A stretch of DNA of 64,000 nt from Deinococcales bacterium (GCA_031414595.1 JANNVX010000018.1:128001-192000), one strand, 5' to 3'. Positions 18,172 through 28,471 are shown, counted from the stretch's first letter. Notes: generated by a model from the letters alone, not told the origin. Numbers and translations: made by a program.

Positions 18172-18723
18172 ATGAAACATATTTTTAGTGCCTTCCTTAA
18201 AGACGAACCCCGTGTTCTGACTCGAGTCACCAGCTTGTTTGCACGGCGTGGCTACAACATAGATTCACTTTCGGTCGGTGCAACTGAAGAACGCGGTATC
18301 TCGAGAATGACCTTTATTGCCGAAGCCCCAGAGATTATGGCAGACCAAATTCAACGCCAGTTAGAAAAACTCGAGGATGTGCTTAAAGTCATTAACCACG
18401 CCCATGAAAAATTTGTTGACCGTGAATTGGTGCTGTTAAAAGTAAAAGTCTTACCAGAAACACGGCTCGAGATTCGGATGATTGCCGAGGACTTCCGTGC
18501 GCGAAATGTGGATGTTGGTTCTAAATCCTATGTTTTTGAAGTGACTGGCGATGAAGGCAAAATCACGGCGTTTATACAGCAAATGCGTCCGTTTGGCATT
18601 ATCGAAACCATGCGAACAGGTCGTGTGGCACTGTCTCGAGGCAGCAATGCCGATATTTCCAGTCAGGTTTACGAAGGCATCAGCAACGCCTTAGAGCATC
18701 CACTTCATTCAGCTAAAGCCTAA
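18172..18723 (+). CDS. ilvN: Acetolactate synthase small subunit
   Basis: ACT domain LFARRGYNIDSL, RELVLLKV, RTGRVAL. Confidence 0.95.
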   Translation: MKHIFSAFLKDEPRVLTRVTSLFARRGYNIDSLSVGATEERGISRMTFIAEAPEIMADQIQRQLEKLEDVLKVINHAHEKFVDRELVLLKVKVLPETRLEIRMIAEDFRARNVDVGSKSYVFEVTGDEGKITAFIQQMRPFGIIETMRTGRVALSRGSNADISSQVYEGISNALEHPLHSAKA

Positions 18724-18752
18724 GCCCTCATTCAATTCCCGCAGGAGGTTTT

Positions 18753-18938
18753 ATGAATCAAGAATCGCTTCTCGAGCAAATCCAAGGCAGTGCCAGCAGT
18801 CTCCTCGAGATAATTGCCGACTTAAAAGCAGGGGAGATGACTGCCCTGCAACGTCTGCAAACCCAAGTGCTGACTTTGAATGCAGAGACGCACCGCTTAG
18901 AGGCGGTTTTTGAAAGCCCGATTTACCTTGGTGGTTAA
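18753..18938 (+). CDS. Small hypothetical protein
   Basis: AGGAGG RBS, TAATG coupling to next gene. Confidence 0.55.
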   Translation: MNQESLLEQIQGSASSLLEIIADLKAGEMTALQRLQTQVLTLNAETHRLEAVFESPIYLGG

Positions 18939-19348
18939 TGGATGTTAAACAACGCACATTAAAACTCAACCAACATCAGAGAGCCGAACTTGTCTCGAGA
19001 TTACTTGAACTTGGAACTGTCGAGATGGTAGATGTTCTGCAAGAAGTTTTTGAAACTAGAGTGCCAGACCTTGAATCTCGAACGGAGCAAAAGTTTTGTC
19101 TTGGAATTGCAACTATAAAGCCAAAATTCGCATCACAGCATTTGCAAGATTTGAGGTCAAAAGATGGAGTTTGGCTAAAAGTTGTGCCATACACTGATTG
19201 GAAAAATTACCAAGCTACTCATGAAGATTTTGTAATTCCTGAAGGTTTTTATGAATCTGGGCGTTGCCCATCTTGTCTCATTGATTTAATTTCGAGCCAA
19301 AGACGGGCAATTTGTCCAATTTGTGGTCAAAGTATTTGGTTGACTTAA
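18938..19348 (+). CDS. Hypothetical protein with C-terminal zinc ribbon
   Basis: CPSC...CPICG. Confidence 0.6.
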   Translation: MDVKQRTLKLNQHQRAELVSRLLELGTVEMVDVLQEVFETRVPDLESRTEQKFCLGIATIKPKFASQHLQDLRSKDGVWLKVVPYTDWKNYQATHEDFVIPEGFYESGRCPSCLIDLISSQRRAICPICGQSIWLT

Positions 19349-19358
19349 GAAGAGATTT

Positions 19359-20483
19359 TTAAATGGTTGGCGCGACATCTACATCAAATAATTTTCTGTT
19401 CCCACTCGAGAAACTTGCGCCCTTCACCAGTGGCATGACCAATTCTCCAAAGCGGCGGCATTCGTCCACGTGCGGGTAGCCACTGAAAATAAAGTTTTGG
19501 ATGCCCATGTCCACATAGCCCTGAATTTTGGCGGCGACTTGTTGAGGACTTCCAACAATTGCTACACCCACACCACTTCGAGCCATGCCCACACCCGCCC
19601 AAAGGTTGTCTTCGATAAAGAAGTCGTTTTTCTCGAGGGCGGCTTGCAGAATTTTAATTTGATTACCTTGCCCAGTGCTGTCAACTTTGGCGTAACTCTT
19701 CTCAAAATTAGCTCGGACTTGCGGGTCTATCTTAGAAATCATGCGTTCGGCTGCTGCAATGGCTTCGCTTTCTGTTTCACGTACCACCACATGGGTTCGT
19801 AGCCCGTAACTGACTTTGCGCCCATACTCGAGACTCAGTTCGTTCATGCGGTCAATTCGGGTTTGAATCATGGCTTTGGGTTCGCCCCAGAGCAGGTACA
19901 CATCGGAAAGTTCGGCAGCGATTCGCATGGCGGCTTCGGATGCCCCACCAAAGTACAACGGGATTCGGTACGGCGGCTTAGGCTCGAGAACACTGCCAGA
20001 GTATTTGTAGTGCGCCCCTTCGTAGTTAATTGCCCCTTCAGAATCCCAGAAAAGCCGTAGTAATTTCATAAATTCATGGGTGCGTTCGTAACGTGTTTCA
20101 TGTGGGCTGTAATCGCCATACATCGCATTTTCGGCGAGACTCGAGCCAGTCACAATGTTGATTCGCACCCGATTTGGAAAGAGATTGGCAAGGGTCGCCA
20201 CCATTTTGGCGTACATCGCGGGGTCAAACATGCCCGTGCGAACCGCTACCAGCAACCCAGCGTTTCGGCTACGCGCCAAAGCTGCGGTTGCCACGGTGAA
20301 ATTCTCGTGGTAGCTGTGGTAATTGGTAGCAGTCAGCAGACTCGAGAAACCCATTTCACCAGCCGTGTCTATCAAGTTCGAGATATGCTCGAGGGTCGGT
20401 TGGCGCGGTGGGAGTTCACGAGTCCCAAGGTACTCACCGTCGTGTTGGAGAACGCAAAACCATAAGAAATCAAGTTCATTCAT
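19359..20483 (-). CDS. Luciferase-like (LLM) flavin-dependent monooxygenase, SsuD-like
   Basis: INIVTG, PLYFGGAS, YGLRTHVVVRETE, IFSGYPH. Confidence 0.9.
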   Translation of the reverse strand: MNELDFLWFCVLQHDGEYLGTRELPPRQPTLEHISNLIDTAGEMGFSSLLTATNYHSYHENFTVATAALARSRNAGLLVAVRTGMFDPAMYAKMVATLANLFPNRVRINIVTGSSLAENAMYGDYSPHETRYERTHEFMKLLRLFWDSEGAINYEGAHYKYSGSVLEPKPPYRIPLYFGGASEAAMRIAAELSDVYLLWGEPKAMIQTRIDRMNELSLEYGRKVSYGLRTHVVVRETESEAIAAAERMISKIDPQVRANFEKSYAKVDSTGQGNQIKILQAALEKNDFFIEDNLWAGVGMARSGVGVAIVGSPQQVAAKIQGYVDMGIQNFIFSGYPHVDECRRFGELVMPLVKGASFSSGNRKLFDVDVAPTI

Positions 20484-21129
20484 AAAAGTCTTTCCTTTCA
20501 AAACTCGAGGCTGAAGTATTCCACTGCGAAGCAGCAGTAAGCCGTGTTTCCTCGAGATACTTTTTCACGATTTCGTAACCAAGAGTATACCCTGTCCATC
20601 TCGGAATTCCACGTTCTTGAGAACCGAAAAACCAGTCATTGTGTGCATAAGTTTGGCTGTGAAATTCTTCTTGTGCCTGCGAGAGTAATGCTGAAATTTG
20701 ACTTAACTCGAGTGCATTGGCATAAATTGAAATTTGTCCCTGACGAAAATCCATTTCAAAAGCACAAGCTAAACCTTCTGTCACTAACGCCTCGAGCAGT
20801 GTTTGACCATATCCCACGCTTGTGTACCTAGCGCAATGATGCAATTCGTGGGCAATTGTGGCTGCAAGTTCTGTTTCGATGTTTGAATCAAAATTTGGAT
20901 TTGATGGGTCAATATGAATAAAAGCATAGGCTGCATTTGGCGAAAAACCACTAAAACCAATTTCAGGAATTGTCCAAGATGGTTTAACGTGAATAATCAC
21001 ATCGGTTTGTTTGGTTGGAATCAAGTCGGCTATCTGAGCGCAAGTATGGTCGGAAATAATTTTAATACGCTCAATTTGACTCGAGCTTAACCCTTTTGTA
21101 TTGGCAAAAAAAACAGATTCCAAAGTCAT
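20476..21129 (-). CDS. DUF2268-type putative zinc protease
   Basis: AHELHH, EGLA, PRWTGYTLGY. Confidence 0.8.
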   Translation of the reverse strand: MTLESVFFANTKGLSSSQIERIKIISDHTCAQIADLIPTKQTDVIIHVKPSWTIPEIGFSGFSPNAAYAFIHIDPSNPNFDSNIETELAATIAHELHHCARYTSVGYGQTLLEALVTEGLACAFEMDFRQGQISIYANALELSQISALLSQAQEEFHSQTYAHNDWFFGSQERGIPRWTGYTLGYEIVKKYLEETRLTAASQWNTSASSFERKDFYE

Positions 21130-21155
21130 AATTTATTCTACTTGAAAAGCCAATT

Positions 21156-21608
21156 TTAGCTTTGCGGTACAACTAAACTCGAGAGTGTAACAATTTCGAG
21201 GTCAGGATTTTTTATTCGACTATCATTGGTTAAAAATACTTCACAGCCAGTCTCGAGAGCAGTCGCTAAATGTATAGCATCAGGGGTTTTTAGGTTTGGT
21301 TGCAAAGCCCGAAGTTCGGCAGCCCGAACTAGAATCTGACGTTCTATTGGAACGACAAGCAAACCGCCTGCGCTCTGGATGGCTTCTTCAAAAAGCTCTT
21401 GTAAGGCAGTGTTGTTTTTTCTTATTGGCATAACAAGCGCTTCAGATAGTGCTAATTCGCTGGTAACTGCAAAAATTTCATATTGAGTCGCGGCATTGAT
21501 AATAGCATCAGATAGCTCTTGAAAATCTGGATACTGTTCGATGCTGTAAATGAAAATACTGGTGTCTAAGTAAAGCTGTTTTGCTAAAAACTGGTCTATT
21601 ATTCCCAC
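21156..21608 (-). CDS. VapC PIN-domain toxin
   Basis: LYLDTSIFIY, TSELALSE, LKTPDAIHLATA, FLTND. Confidence 0.9.
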   Translation of the reverse strand: MGIIDQFLAKQLYLDTSIFIYSIEQYPDFQELSDAIINAATQYEIFAVTSELALSEALVMPIRKNNTALQELFEEAIQSAGGLLVVPIERQILVRAAELRALQPNLKTPDAIHLATALETGCEVFLTNDSRIKNPDLEIVTLSSLVVPQS

Positions 21609-21856
21609 GAATCACGTTCTCCTCGTAGGTACGCATCAGCATCGGCTGGCGTTGCTCCGTAAACCCCTTTACCTGCTCCAAGAAGTTCAGAAAGTCTACT
21701 TTTAGGGTTTTTTAAGCGTATTTTCTCGAGTTCCTGCATTTTAAGTAGGAACTGATTACGGCGTTTCAAACGCAGAATCTCGAGGTTCTTCTCGAGCAAA
21801 AGCTGTTGCCAGTCTATTTTTTCTGCTTCTATTGGTTCGGGTCGCTCGGCAATCAT
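21599..21856 (-). CDS. VapB-type antitoxin
   Basis: Upstream of and overlapping vapC; C-terminal GKGVYG...AYLRGERDSWE. Confidence 0.7.
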   Translation of the reverse strand: MIAERPEPIEAEKIDWQQLLLEKNLEILRLKRRNQFLLKMQELEKIRLKNPKSRLSELLGAGKGVYGATPADADAYLRGERDSWE

Positions 21857-21872
21857 GATTCACCTCTAAAAA

Positions 21873-22351
21873 CTATCTTACTCCAAGAATTGGTTGCTGC
21901 TCGAGAAACTTTTTGTTGGCTTGTTCATCCCAAGGGAAACGATGCAGCCTGTCTGGGTAAATCATTTGCAGTACCGTAAAATCATCAGATTCATAAAACC
22001 ACTGGGCAGCCCCTAAAAACTCCGAGTAATGGTGTTTTGGAACATCCACAAACATCACTTCATAACCCTCGAGTATGTCTGTTACCACTTGCCCATGCAC
22101 AAATCTCGAGCCAGATTTTATTTTGTCACCAACAAATTAATTAAGCTGTGCATCGTCTCGAGCCGCAGTCCAAAAAGAATAATTTCTGGATGCCCTAAAG
22201 CTGCCGTAAAACCCACCGAGAATGCAAAAGCACTGCCTTCGTCATCCTCGGGAATCATCGTCACTTGCCAGCCGTAATCGCGTACTGTCTCGAGCAATTC
22301 GCGCTCAAAGTCGTCTAGGTCTGGGTTTTGTAGTCGGGTCTCGAGATTCAC
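21873..22351 (-). pseudogene. DUF4262-like protein split by a frameshift near 22130
   Basis: N-half GW...FAFSVG...HPEIILFGL and C-half LQMIYPD...FPW lie in different frames. Confidence 0.7.
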
Positions 22352-22354
22352 AAC

Positions 22355-23185
22355 TTAGCCCTTGACGCTTCCAGCCGTTAAACCAGAAATAATCTTTTGC
22401 TGGAAAATCAAAATAATCGTGATGATGGGGATAATCGCAATGGTAATAGCCGCACTAATAATGCCCCACGGGAAACTAAACTCGCCTTGGTAGAGCGCCA
22501 CGGCGGGCGGCACAGTGCGGGTAGCTTGGTTACTGGCAAAGGTCACAGCCAGCAAAAATTCGTTCCAAGAGTTGACAAATGCCAGAATACTGGCAGTAGC
22601 AACGCCTGGTGCTGCCAGTGGCACGATAATTCGCCACAGTGCGCCAAATCTCGAGCAACCATCCACCATTGCAGCATCCTCGAGGTCTTTAGGGATGCCT
22701 TGAAAAAATGCAGTTAAGGTTAAAATGCTGATTGGCAGGCTAAAGGCGGCGTATGGCACGATTAAACTTAAGTACGTGCCTAACCAGCCAAAAGAACGCA
22801 TCATTTGGTAAAGCGGCACAATTAAACTGACCACCGGAAAGATACTGGCTGCCACTATCAGGGTTTGAATGATGCCGCGCTGCGGTAAGTTGACTCGAGC
22901 TATCGCGTATCCAGCCAGCGCCGCGATGGTCACACAAACCAAGGTGCTGATGCTCGAGACAAAAATGGAGTTAAAGAAGTATTTGAGGAACGGCTGTTGT
23001 ACAAAAACCTGTTCGTAATTGGTGAATGCCCAGCTTTGCGGTAAATAGGAAATCGGGCTGGTTTGCAGTTCGATGTCATTTTTGAAACTGGTCAGTACCA
23101 CCCAGACCATTGGGTAGACTCCATTGACCACCAGCAGTACCAAGGCAAAAACAACAAAGGCACGGTTGAGAATTAGATTTTTCAT
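22355..23185 (-). CDS. Carbohydrate ABC transporter permease (MalG-like)
   Basis: DLEDAAMVDG EAA loop, SWNEFL. Confidence 0.93.
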   Translation of the reverse strand: MKNLILNRAFVVFALVLLVVNGVYPMVWVVLTSFKNDIELQTSPISYLPQSWAFTNYEQVFVQQPFLKYFFNSIFVSSISTLVCVTIAALAGYAIARVNLPQRGIIQTLIVAASIFPVVSLIVPLYQMMRSFGWLGTYLSLIVPYAAFSLPISILTLTAFFQGIPKDLEDAAMVDGCSRFGALWRIIVPLAAPGVATASILAFVNSWNEFLLAVTFASNQATRTVPPAVALYQGEFSFPWGIISAAITIAIIPIITIILIFQQKIISGLTAGSVKG

Positions 23186-24120
23186 GTCTCTGTCCTGACA
23201 AAGCGCACGTAAATAGCGGTGATTACCAGTGCCAAAACAAAAAGCCCGAGCGAGACTGTTGCGCCGTAGCCAAAATCGGTGAATTCGACCGTGGTTTTTT
23301 GAATGTACATCCCCAGTGTCTCGAGATTTAACGCCCCAGCTTGCTTAAAAGCGTAAGGAATATCAAAGACTTGCAGTGCCGAAAGGGTACGAAAAATCAG
23401 GGCAACAGCAATCGCGGGGCGTAGAAGCGGTAAGGTGATGCGCCAAAAAATTTGCCAACTGCTCGCGCCGTCTACTGTGGCGGCTTCCTCGAGTTCTATT
23501 GGAATACTTTGTAAGCCTCCAAGCAGAATCAGTGCTACAAAACTTGAGGTTTTCCAGATGGTCGTGACCACAAAAGCAATCACTTGGGTATCTGGTTGCA
23601 GCAACCAACGAATCGGTTGTTCGATCAGGTTAAAGCGCAGCAAAAGGTCATTAAAAAGCCCAAATTGCGAATTGAACATCCAAGCAAACATTGTGCCAGC
23701 AATCACTTGAGGCATTGCCCACGGGAGAAGTAGCGCAATTCGTACTACCCAGCGCCAACCAGTTTTGACATTAGCAAGCAGCGCCAAAGGTAAACCGACC
23801 AGAAACGAACCAACCACGGTTAAAATTCCAAACCAAAGGGTGCGCCAGAACGCATCTATAAAGGCTTGGTCTTTAAATAGCCTCGAGTAATTTTCTAAGC
23901 TGGTGCTGACTTGACTTGGGTCGGCGATTTCTTGCACCCGAAAAGTCAGTAATAATACGTTAATCATCGGGTATAAAAAAATGCCAATCAGCAAAATAAA
24001 GGCTGGTGCGAGCAACATCCAGCCAAATTCTCGTTCGGCTAATTGCCCAGTCATAAAACGTTGCCAAAAACCAGAAAAGCCCCGATTAACTCGGGGCATG
24101 AGCGGTGAAGGTGAAGCCAC
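23182..24120 (-). CDS. Carbohydrate ABC transporter permease (MalF-like)
   Basis: ELEEAATVDGA EAA loop, LLLPWA. Confidence 0.93.
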   Translation of the reverse strand: MASPSPLMPRVNRGFSGFWQRFMTGQLAEREFGWMLLAPAFILLIGIFLYPMINVLLLTFRVQEIADPSQVSTSLENYSRLFKDQAFIDAFWRTLWFGILTVVGSFLVGLPLALLANVKTGWRWVVRIALLLPWAMPQVIAGTMFAWMFNSQFGLFNDLLLRFNLIEQPIRWLLQPDTQVIAFVVTTIWKTSSFVALILLGGLQSIPIELEEAATVDGASSWQIFWRITLPLLRPAIAVALIFRTLSALQVFDIPYAFKQAGALNLETLGMYIQKTTVEFTDFGYGATVSLGLFVLALVITAIYVRFVRTET

Positions 24121-24125
24121 AAACC

Positions 24126-25421
24126 CTACTTAATCAATGGCTCGAGGGCGGACTGCATATCGGTCAGTGCTTTATCTACGGTTTTAGAACCAGCCACGAC
24201 CGCATTGACATTGGTGCGGATAATTTCAGAAACCTTCGGATAATTGGCGGTCACGGGGCGTGGACGGGCTTTTAAGATAACAGGGTAGAGGTCATCGTAG
24301 TGTGGATTGGCTCTCAGGACATTGTTGTTGTTGTACAGCGCTTTACGCACCGGTAAGAAACCACCTTTGATGCTGAATTCTTCTTGGGCTTTGGTGTCAG
24401 ACATATAACGCAGCAATTCAAAGGCTTTTTGCTTGTTCTTGCTAAAATTCGAGATACCCCATGAAGCCCCACCTTGGCAGGTGCTGCTGCCGACTTTTGA
24501 ACCCGCAAAGGCGGGCAAACGAGCCACACCAATGTTGCCTTTGACGGCTGTTGGTCCGGAAGTTGGTCCGCCGTTGCCTTGGAAATGCGCCCAAGCATAT
24601 GCCCAGTTCAAACCGAACAAGACATTGCCTTGCTGCATCATGCGACGGCTGTCATCGGTGCGAACTTCTGCCATTAGGGCTGGCGAAATCTTGGTTTTGT
24701 TGATTGAATCTACCCAGAGGTTCAGGGCTTTTTTGCCAAAGTCATTATTGACATTGACCTTACCACCCTGCAAGAAATCGCCGCCAGCTGCCCAGAATGG
24801 TTGCAAGAACATACAAACCGCGCCTTCAATCGGTGCGCCTTGGAAATTCAAGCCTTGGAGGTTTGGATTACCTTCGGCTGCCAAAATCTTTTGTGCAGTT
24901 GCGGTAACTTCTTCCCAAGTTTTAGGCACAGCCACTTTGTACTTCTCGAGTAGGTCTTTACGGTAATACAAGAACTGTACATCGGTGGTGGCAGGCAATG
25001 CCCAGAGTTCAGTGCCAATGGTCGTGGCTTTGACCGGACCCGGAACGTAACCGTCAATAAATTCTTGGCGGTCTTTATCGCCACCAAAGTATTTATCGAG
25101 TGGCTCGAGCCAACCTTGGGCTTGGAATTGGGCTGGACGAATCACATCAATCAGCATCACATCCAAACTTGGGTCTTTTGCGCCTAGCACGGTAGATAAA
25201 TACGCGCCTTGTAACTCTGAGGTTGCACCACCAAGCTCGAGAACCACTTTAGTACCGGTCTTCTTTTCAAAGCGGTCAAAAATCGGTTGTAGCAAATCTG
25301 GACGAAAGGTTGAACCCGCAAAAACCCGTAAGGTACTACTCTGAGCGCCAACTTGTGAGAGTGCCAATGCACCAACTGCCAAGCCAATACCACCAAACAT
25401 AACCAATGTTTTTAACTTCAT
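24126..25421 (-). CDS. Sugar ABC transporter substrate-binding protein (trehalose/maltose-like)
   Basis: Start MKLKTL with AGGAG RBS; LYYRKDLL, NWAYAW, ARPRP. Confidence 0.88.
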   Translation of the reverse strand: MKLKTLVMFGGIGLAVGALALSQVGAQSSTLRVFAGSTFRPDLLQPIFDRFEKKTGTKVVLELGGATSELQGAYLSTVLGAKDPSLDVMLIDVIRPAQFQAQGWLEPLDKYFGGDKDRQEFIDGYVPGPVKATTIGTELWALPATTDVQFLYYRKDLLEKYKVAVPKTWEEVTATAQKILAAEGNPNLQGLNFQGAPIEGAVCMFLQPFWAAGGDFLQGGKVNVNNDFGKKALNLWVDSINKTKISPALMAEVRTDDSRRMMQQGNVLFGLNWAYAWAHFQGNGGPTSGPTAVKGNIGVARLPAFAGSKVGSSTCQGGASWGISNFSKNKQKAFELLRYMSDTKAQEEFSIKGGFLPVRKALYNNNNVLRANPHYDDLYPVILKARPRPVTANYPKVSEIIRTNVNAVVAGSKTVDKALTDMQSALEPLIK

Positions 25422-25485
25422 GAGACTCCTCCTAAACTTTTTGAACTCAGTCAATATACAGCACCGAACCCAACTTGAGAAGCAC

Positions 25486-26052
25486 CTATCCCAATTCGGA
25501 TTCTTCAAAAGGCACATAGTAAGGAAATAAATCCTCGACGGGCATAGACCAATTGGGAACAGCATCACCAGCGTGGGCAAGTTCACCTCGAGTAAAAACT
25601 CGCACAGACTCCCCCACGATATGCAGCCGTACCACCTCCAAAGCAAGTAAATCCACATCCCAAACGGCTAATGTACCAGCCAGAAAGTAATCGTTGATTT
25701 TAGCAGCAATCTCTCGGTCAGCCGTTTTTCCATAATCATGTTCAGAACGCACTTCTATGGCAAAAGTCGGAGCGCGGTCTAAGAATTTCATACCCGAGTG
25801 CGCTCCACGAATAAAGGCTGCATCTGGACTAAAGGATTTTCGATTTGGTAAATCTACCAAGAATCCCTTGCCGTCTGCCACGGCATAGCCAAGTTTGGAA
25901 GCTCGAGCAAAAGCCCGTAAACTTGAATAAATCTCATCGGCGGCAAAGCCCGGTAAAAATCCAGTTGGCGACAATGTAATCAACCTCCCATGCGCTAATT
26001 CTGCCTTGCCAGAAGTGGCGTATAAATCTGCGATAGAAGCAGTTGTAACCAT
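25486..26052 (-). CDS. Uma2-family endonuclease
   Basis: ELAHG, PDAAF, APTFAIEVRS, KINDYF.AG..VW.VD. Confidence 0.88.
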   Translation of the reverse strand: MVTTASIADLYATSGKAELAHGRLITLSPTGFLPGFAADEIYSSLRAFARASKLGYAVADGKGFLVDLPNRKSFSPDAAFIRGAHSGMKFLDRAPTFAIEVRSEHDYGKTADREIAAKINDYFLAGTLAVWDVDLLALEVVRLHIVGESVRVFTRGELAHAGDAVPNWSMPVEDLFPYYVPFEESELG

Positions 26053-26067
26053 AGCCTCGAGTATAGG

Positions 26068-27504
26068 CTATGGGAGGGTGATACTGATGTATTTCAGTTC
26101 AAGAAACGCCTCGAGACCCCAACGCCCACCTTCGCGTCCGACCCCCGAGTTTTTCATACCACCAAATGGGGCTTGAGGTGCCATCGCACTTGGCACACCA
26201 TCATTAACGCCAACAATGCCGTACTCGAGGGCTTCGGCGACACGGTACGCCCTGCCAATGTCTCGAGTCCAAATGTATGCCGCTAAGCCGTACTCGGTGT
26301 TGTTTGCCCAAGCTACTGCATCGGTTTCGCTTGAGAAATTTACAAGCGGAGCAACCGGACCAAAGGTTTCTTCGGTCAGAATCCGCATTGATGGCGTGAC
26401 ACCAGACAAAATTGTTGGTTCAAAGAAAAGCCCGCCAGTCGCATGACCACCCGTGACGATTTTAGCGCCTTTCGCTACAGCATCCTGAACGTGTGCCTGT
26501 ACCTTCTCGAGTGTCGCCTTATCCACCAGTGGACCAATGGTTGTGTCGGCATCAAGCGGATTACCCAGCTTAAAACTCTTGGCTTGGGCTGCAAAAGCCT
26601 CTTCAAAACTCGAGGAGAGTGTTTCGTGGACATAGACTCGATTGGAGGCTACGCATTGCTGCCCAGCGTTCCTAAACTTAGAATTAGAAACGGTGAGCGC
26701 GGCTGCCACGACATCGGCATCTTCAAAAACAATAAATGGTGCATGACCGCCCAACTCGAGCGACAAGCGTTTAAGGGTCGGTGCAGCTTGGGCGTAAAGC
26801 AACTTGCCGACTTCGGTACTACCCGTAAACGTAATCTTGCGAACTCGAGCGTCCGACATAAAAACTCGAGAAACTTCTATCGGGTCTTGGCAGGGCAGTA
26901 CCTGAAAAGTATCTTTTGGCGCACCAGCTTCGAGCCAGAGCTTGGCGAGTAACAAGGCGGTCAGGGGCGATTGTTCGGCGGGTTTTAAGACCACCACACA
27001 TCCAGCCGCCAGTGCAGGCGCGACTTTACGGGCAATCATTGCCGCAGGAAAATTCCACGGAGTCACGGCGTACACAACTCCAACAGGTTCGGGTCTCGAG
27101 AAGGCGCGTTTTTGGGCAAAACGACTTGGAATAATTTCCCCAGCGATGCGTTCAGCTTCGGCGGCGTACCACTCGATGGCGGTGGCGCTGTAAATACTCT
27201 CGCCCCTCGACTCGAGCATTGGCTTACCCATCTCCAAGGTCATGGCAGTGGCAATTTCTTCGGCATTGGCACGAATTAATGCTGCCCATTTTTGCATGAT
27301 GATACTGCGCTCGAATCCAGAAGTGTGCTTAAAACTCGAGAAAGCCGTGACTGCTGCCTCGAGTGCTTCTTTGGCTTCGGGGATGCCACAATCGGCAATT
27401 TCGGCGACGGTGCTGCCGTCAAAAGGATTGATGACCGAGAAAGTTTTGTCTAGGGTTTGCCAACCACCAGCGAGAAGGGCTTGACGGGCAACAGTTTGAT
27501 ACAT
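26068..27504 (-). CDS. gabD: NAD(P)-dependent succinate-semialdehyde dehydrogenase
   Basis: TPWNFP, FTGST, LELGGHAP, FRNAGQQC, EETFGP. Confidence 0.9.
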   Translation of the reverse strand: MYQTVARQALLAGGWQTLDKTFSVINPFDGSTVAEIADCGIPEAKEALEAAVTAFSSFKHTSGFERSIIMQKWAALIRANAEEIATAMTLEMGKPMLESRGESIYSATAIEWYAAEAERIAGEIIPSRFAQKRAFSRPEPVGVVYAVTPWNFPAAMIARKVAPALAAGCVVVLKPAEQSPLTALLLAKLWLEAGAPKDTFQVLPCQDPIEVSRVFMSDARVRKITFTGSTEVGKLLYAQAAPTLKRLSLELGGHAPFIVFEDADVVAAALTVSNSKFRNAGQQCVASNRVYVHETLSSSFEEAFAAQAKSFKLGNPLDADTTIGPLVDKATLEKVQAHVQDAVAKGAKIVTGGHATGGLFFEPTILSGVTPSMRILTEETFGPVAPLVNFSSETDAVAWANNTEYGLAAYIWTRDIGRAYRVAEALEYGIVGVNDGVPSAMAPQAPFGGMKNSGVGREGGRWGLEAFLELKYISITLP

Positions 27505-27540
27505 AGAAAACTCCTTGGAAGAAATTTGGGATTATGTTAT

Positions 27541-27573
27541 CTCACAGGGCGAACACAAGGTTCGCCCCTACGG
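27541..27573 (-). repeat. GTAG-type REP
   Basis: Minus strand CCGTAGGGGCGAACCTTGTGTTCGCCCTGTGAG. Confidence 0.75.
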
Positions 27574-27882
27574 ATTTAGGGGTGGATTTGCGTTTAAGTA
27601 TTTTGTGATGATTGGTTCAGATTCTTTCCAGACAAATTCGAGAGGCTTAAGTGCTTCTTTGAGTGCATGAGCCTGTTGTTGCAAAATCAATTTATCTTGT
27701 TCCCAATAAATACCCAATTTGACATTGGAAAAATTACGAATTAAATCTGGAAGGTTATGGGCATGGTTGGCAGTCAATTGTGCAACTTTGAGATTGTCGC
27801 AGTAACGAATAAAAATCGTAGTTGCATACAAGATTTCTAACACTATGTTCTCAATTTCTCGAGGGCAAGTTTTTGTCTGCAT
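27568..27882 (-). CDS. Hypothetical protein
   Basis: 104-aa AT-rich ORF co-oriented with the operon. Confidence 0.55.
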   Translation of the reverse strand: MQTKTCPREIENIVLEILYATTIFIRYCDNLKVAQLTANHAHNLPDLIRNFSNVKLGIYWEQDKLILQQQAHALKEALKPLEFVWKESEPIITKYLNANPPLNP

Positions 27883-27905
27883 ACCAGTTCCTAAACTTAA
27901 ACAAA

Positions 27906-28079
27906 TTAGTTCAGTCCAAAGCGCTCACGCAATTGCTCAAGCGTCAATGTAACACTCAAACCAGCTTTAGATTGAGCGATTGACTGCTCTAAACGCTTTA
28001 GATTAGCCTCGCCAAAGTTACCGACAAAATCATGAGCAGGCTTGATGCTTTTTTTTCGTTTAGGACTTACTTTCGGCAT
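27906..28079 (-). CDS. 57-aa protein resembling the C-terminal half of YefM/Phd antitoxins
   Basis: GAGGA RBS; MPKVSPKRKKSIKPAHDFVGNFGEANLKRLEQSIAQSKAGLSVTLTLEQLRERFGLN (below ORF-track cutoff). Confidence 0.55.
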   Translation of the reverse strand: MPKVSPKRKKSIKPAHDFVGNFGEANLKRLEQSIAQSKAGLSVTLTLEQLRERFGLN

Positions 28080-28087
28080 TGAATCCT

Positions 28088-28471
28088 CTACTCGTCTCGA
28101 GACTTGTCGGGTAATTTGCCACCAAAAGATATAACCTGCCGAATCTTTCCGAACTTATCAAACTCCACCACATCCATGCCTTCGGATTCCATGCGGTTCT
28201 GGTCTTGTAACCATAATCCCCAACCGTAACGCACCCAAAGCCCATGTTCGTGTTTTTGAAAACCACTGGTAAACTCGAGGCGGTCAAAAGCCACGCTGCT
28301 GTGGACTTTGGCAATAAATTTGGCAATCACGACTGCGCCACTCATATGGGCAAGTGGGTCAAAGAGTTGTATCCCCGGATGAACGACACTGGCAAGTTTC
28401 TCGAGGCGAATGCTTGAATCGCGGGCGTTCCAGGCTTCTAAATAGGTTTGTAAACTGGCTTCAAAACTCAT
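28088..28471 (-). CDS. SnoaL/NTF2-like protein
   Basis: YLEAWN...FDP...EGMDVVEF...GKI..V.SF; ATGA overlap. Confidence 0.75.
   Translation of the reverse strand: MSFEASLQTYLEAWNARDSSIRLEKLASVVHPGIQLFDPLAHMSGAVVIAKFIAKVHSSVAFDRLEFTSGFQKHEHGLWVRYGWGLWLQDQNRMESEGMDVVEFDKFGKIRQVISFGGKLPDKSRDE

Noticed and set aside
25422-25658. N-terminal extension of the ABC binding protein in the ORF track
   Set aside because: Overlaps the Uma2 gene; the ATG at 25421 has an RBS and a signal peptide.
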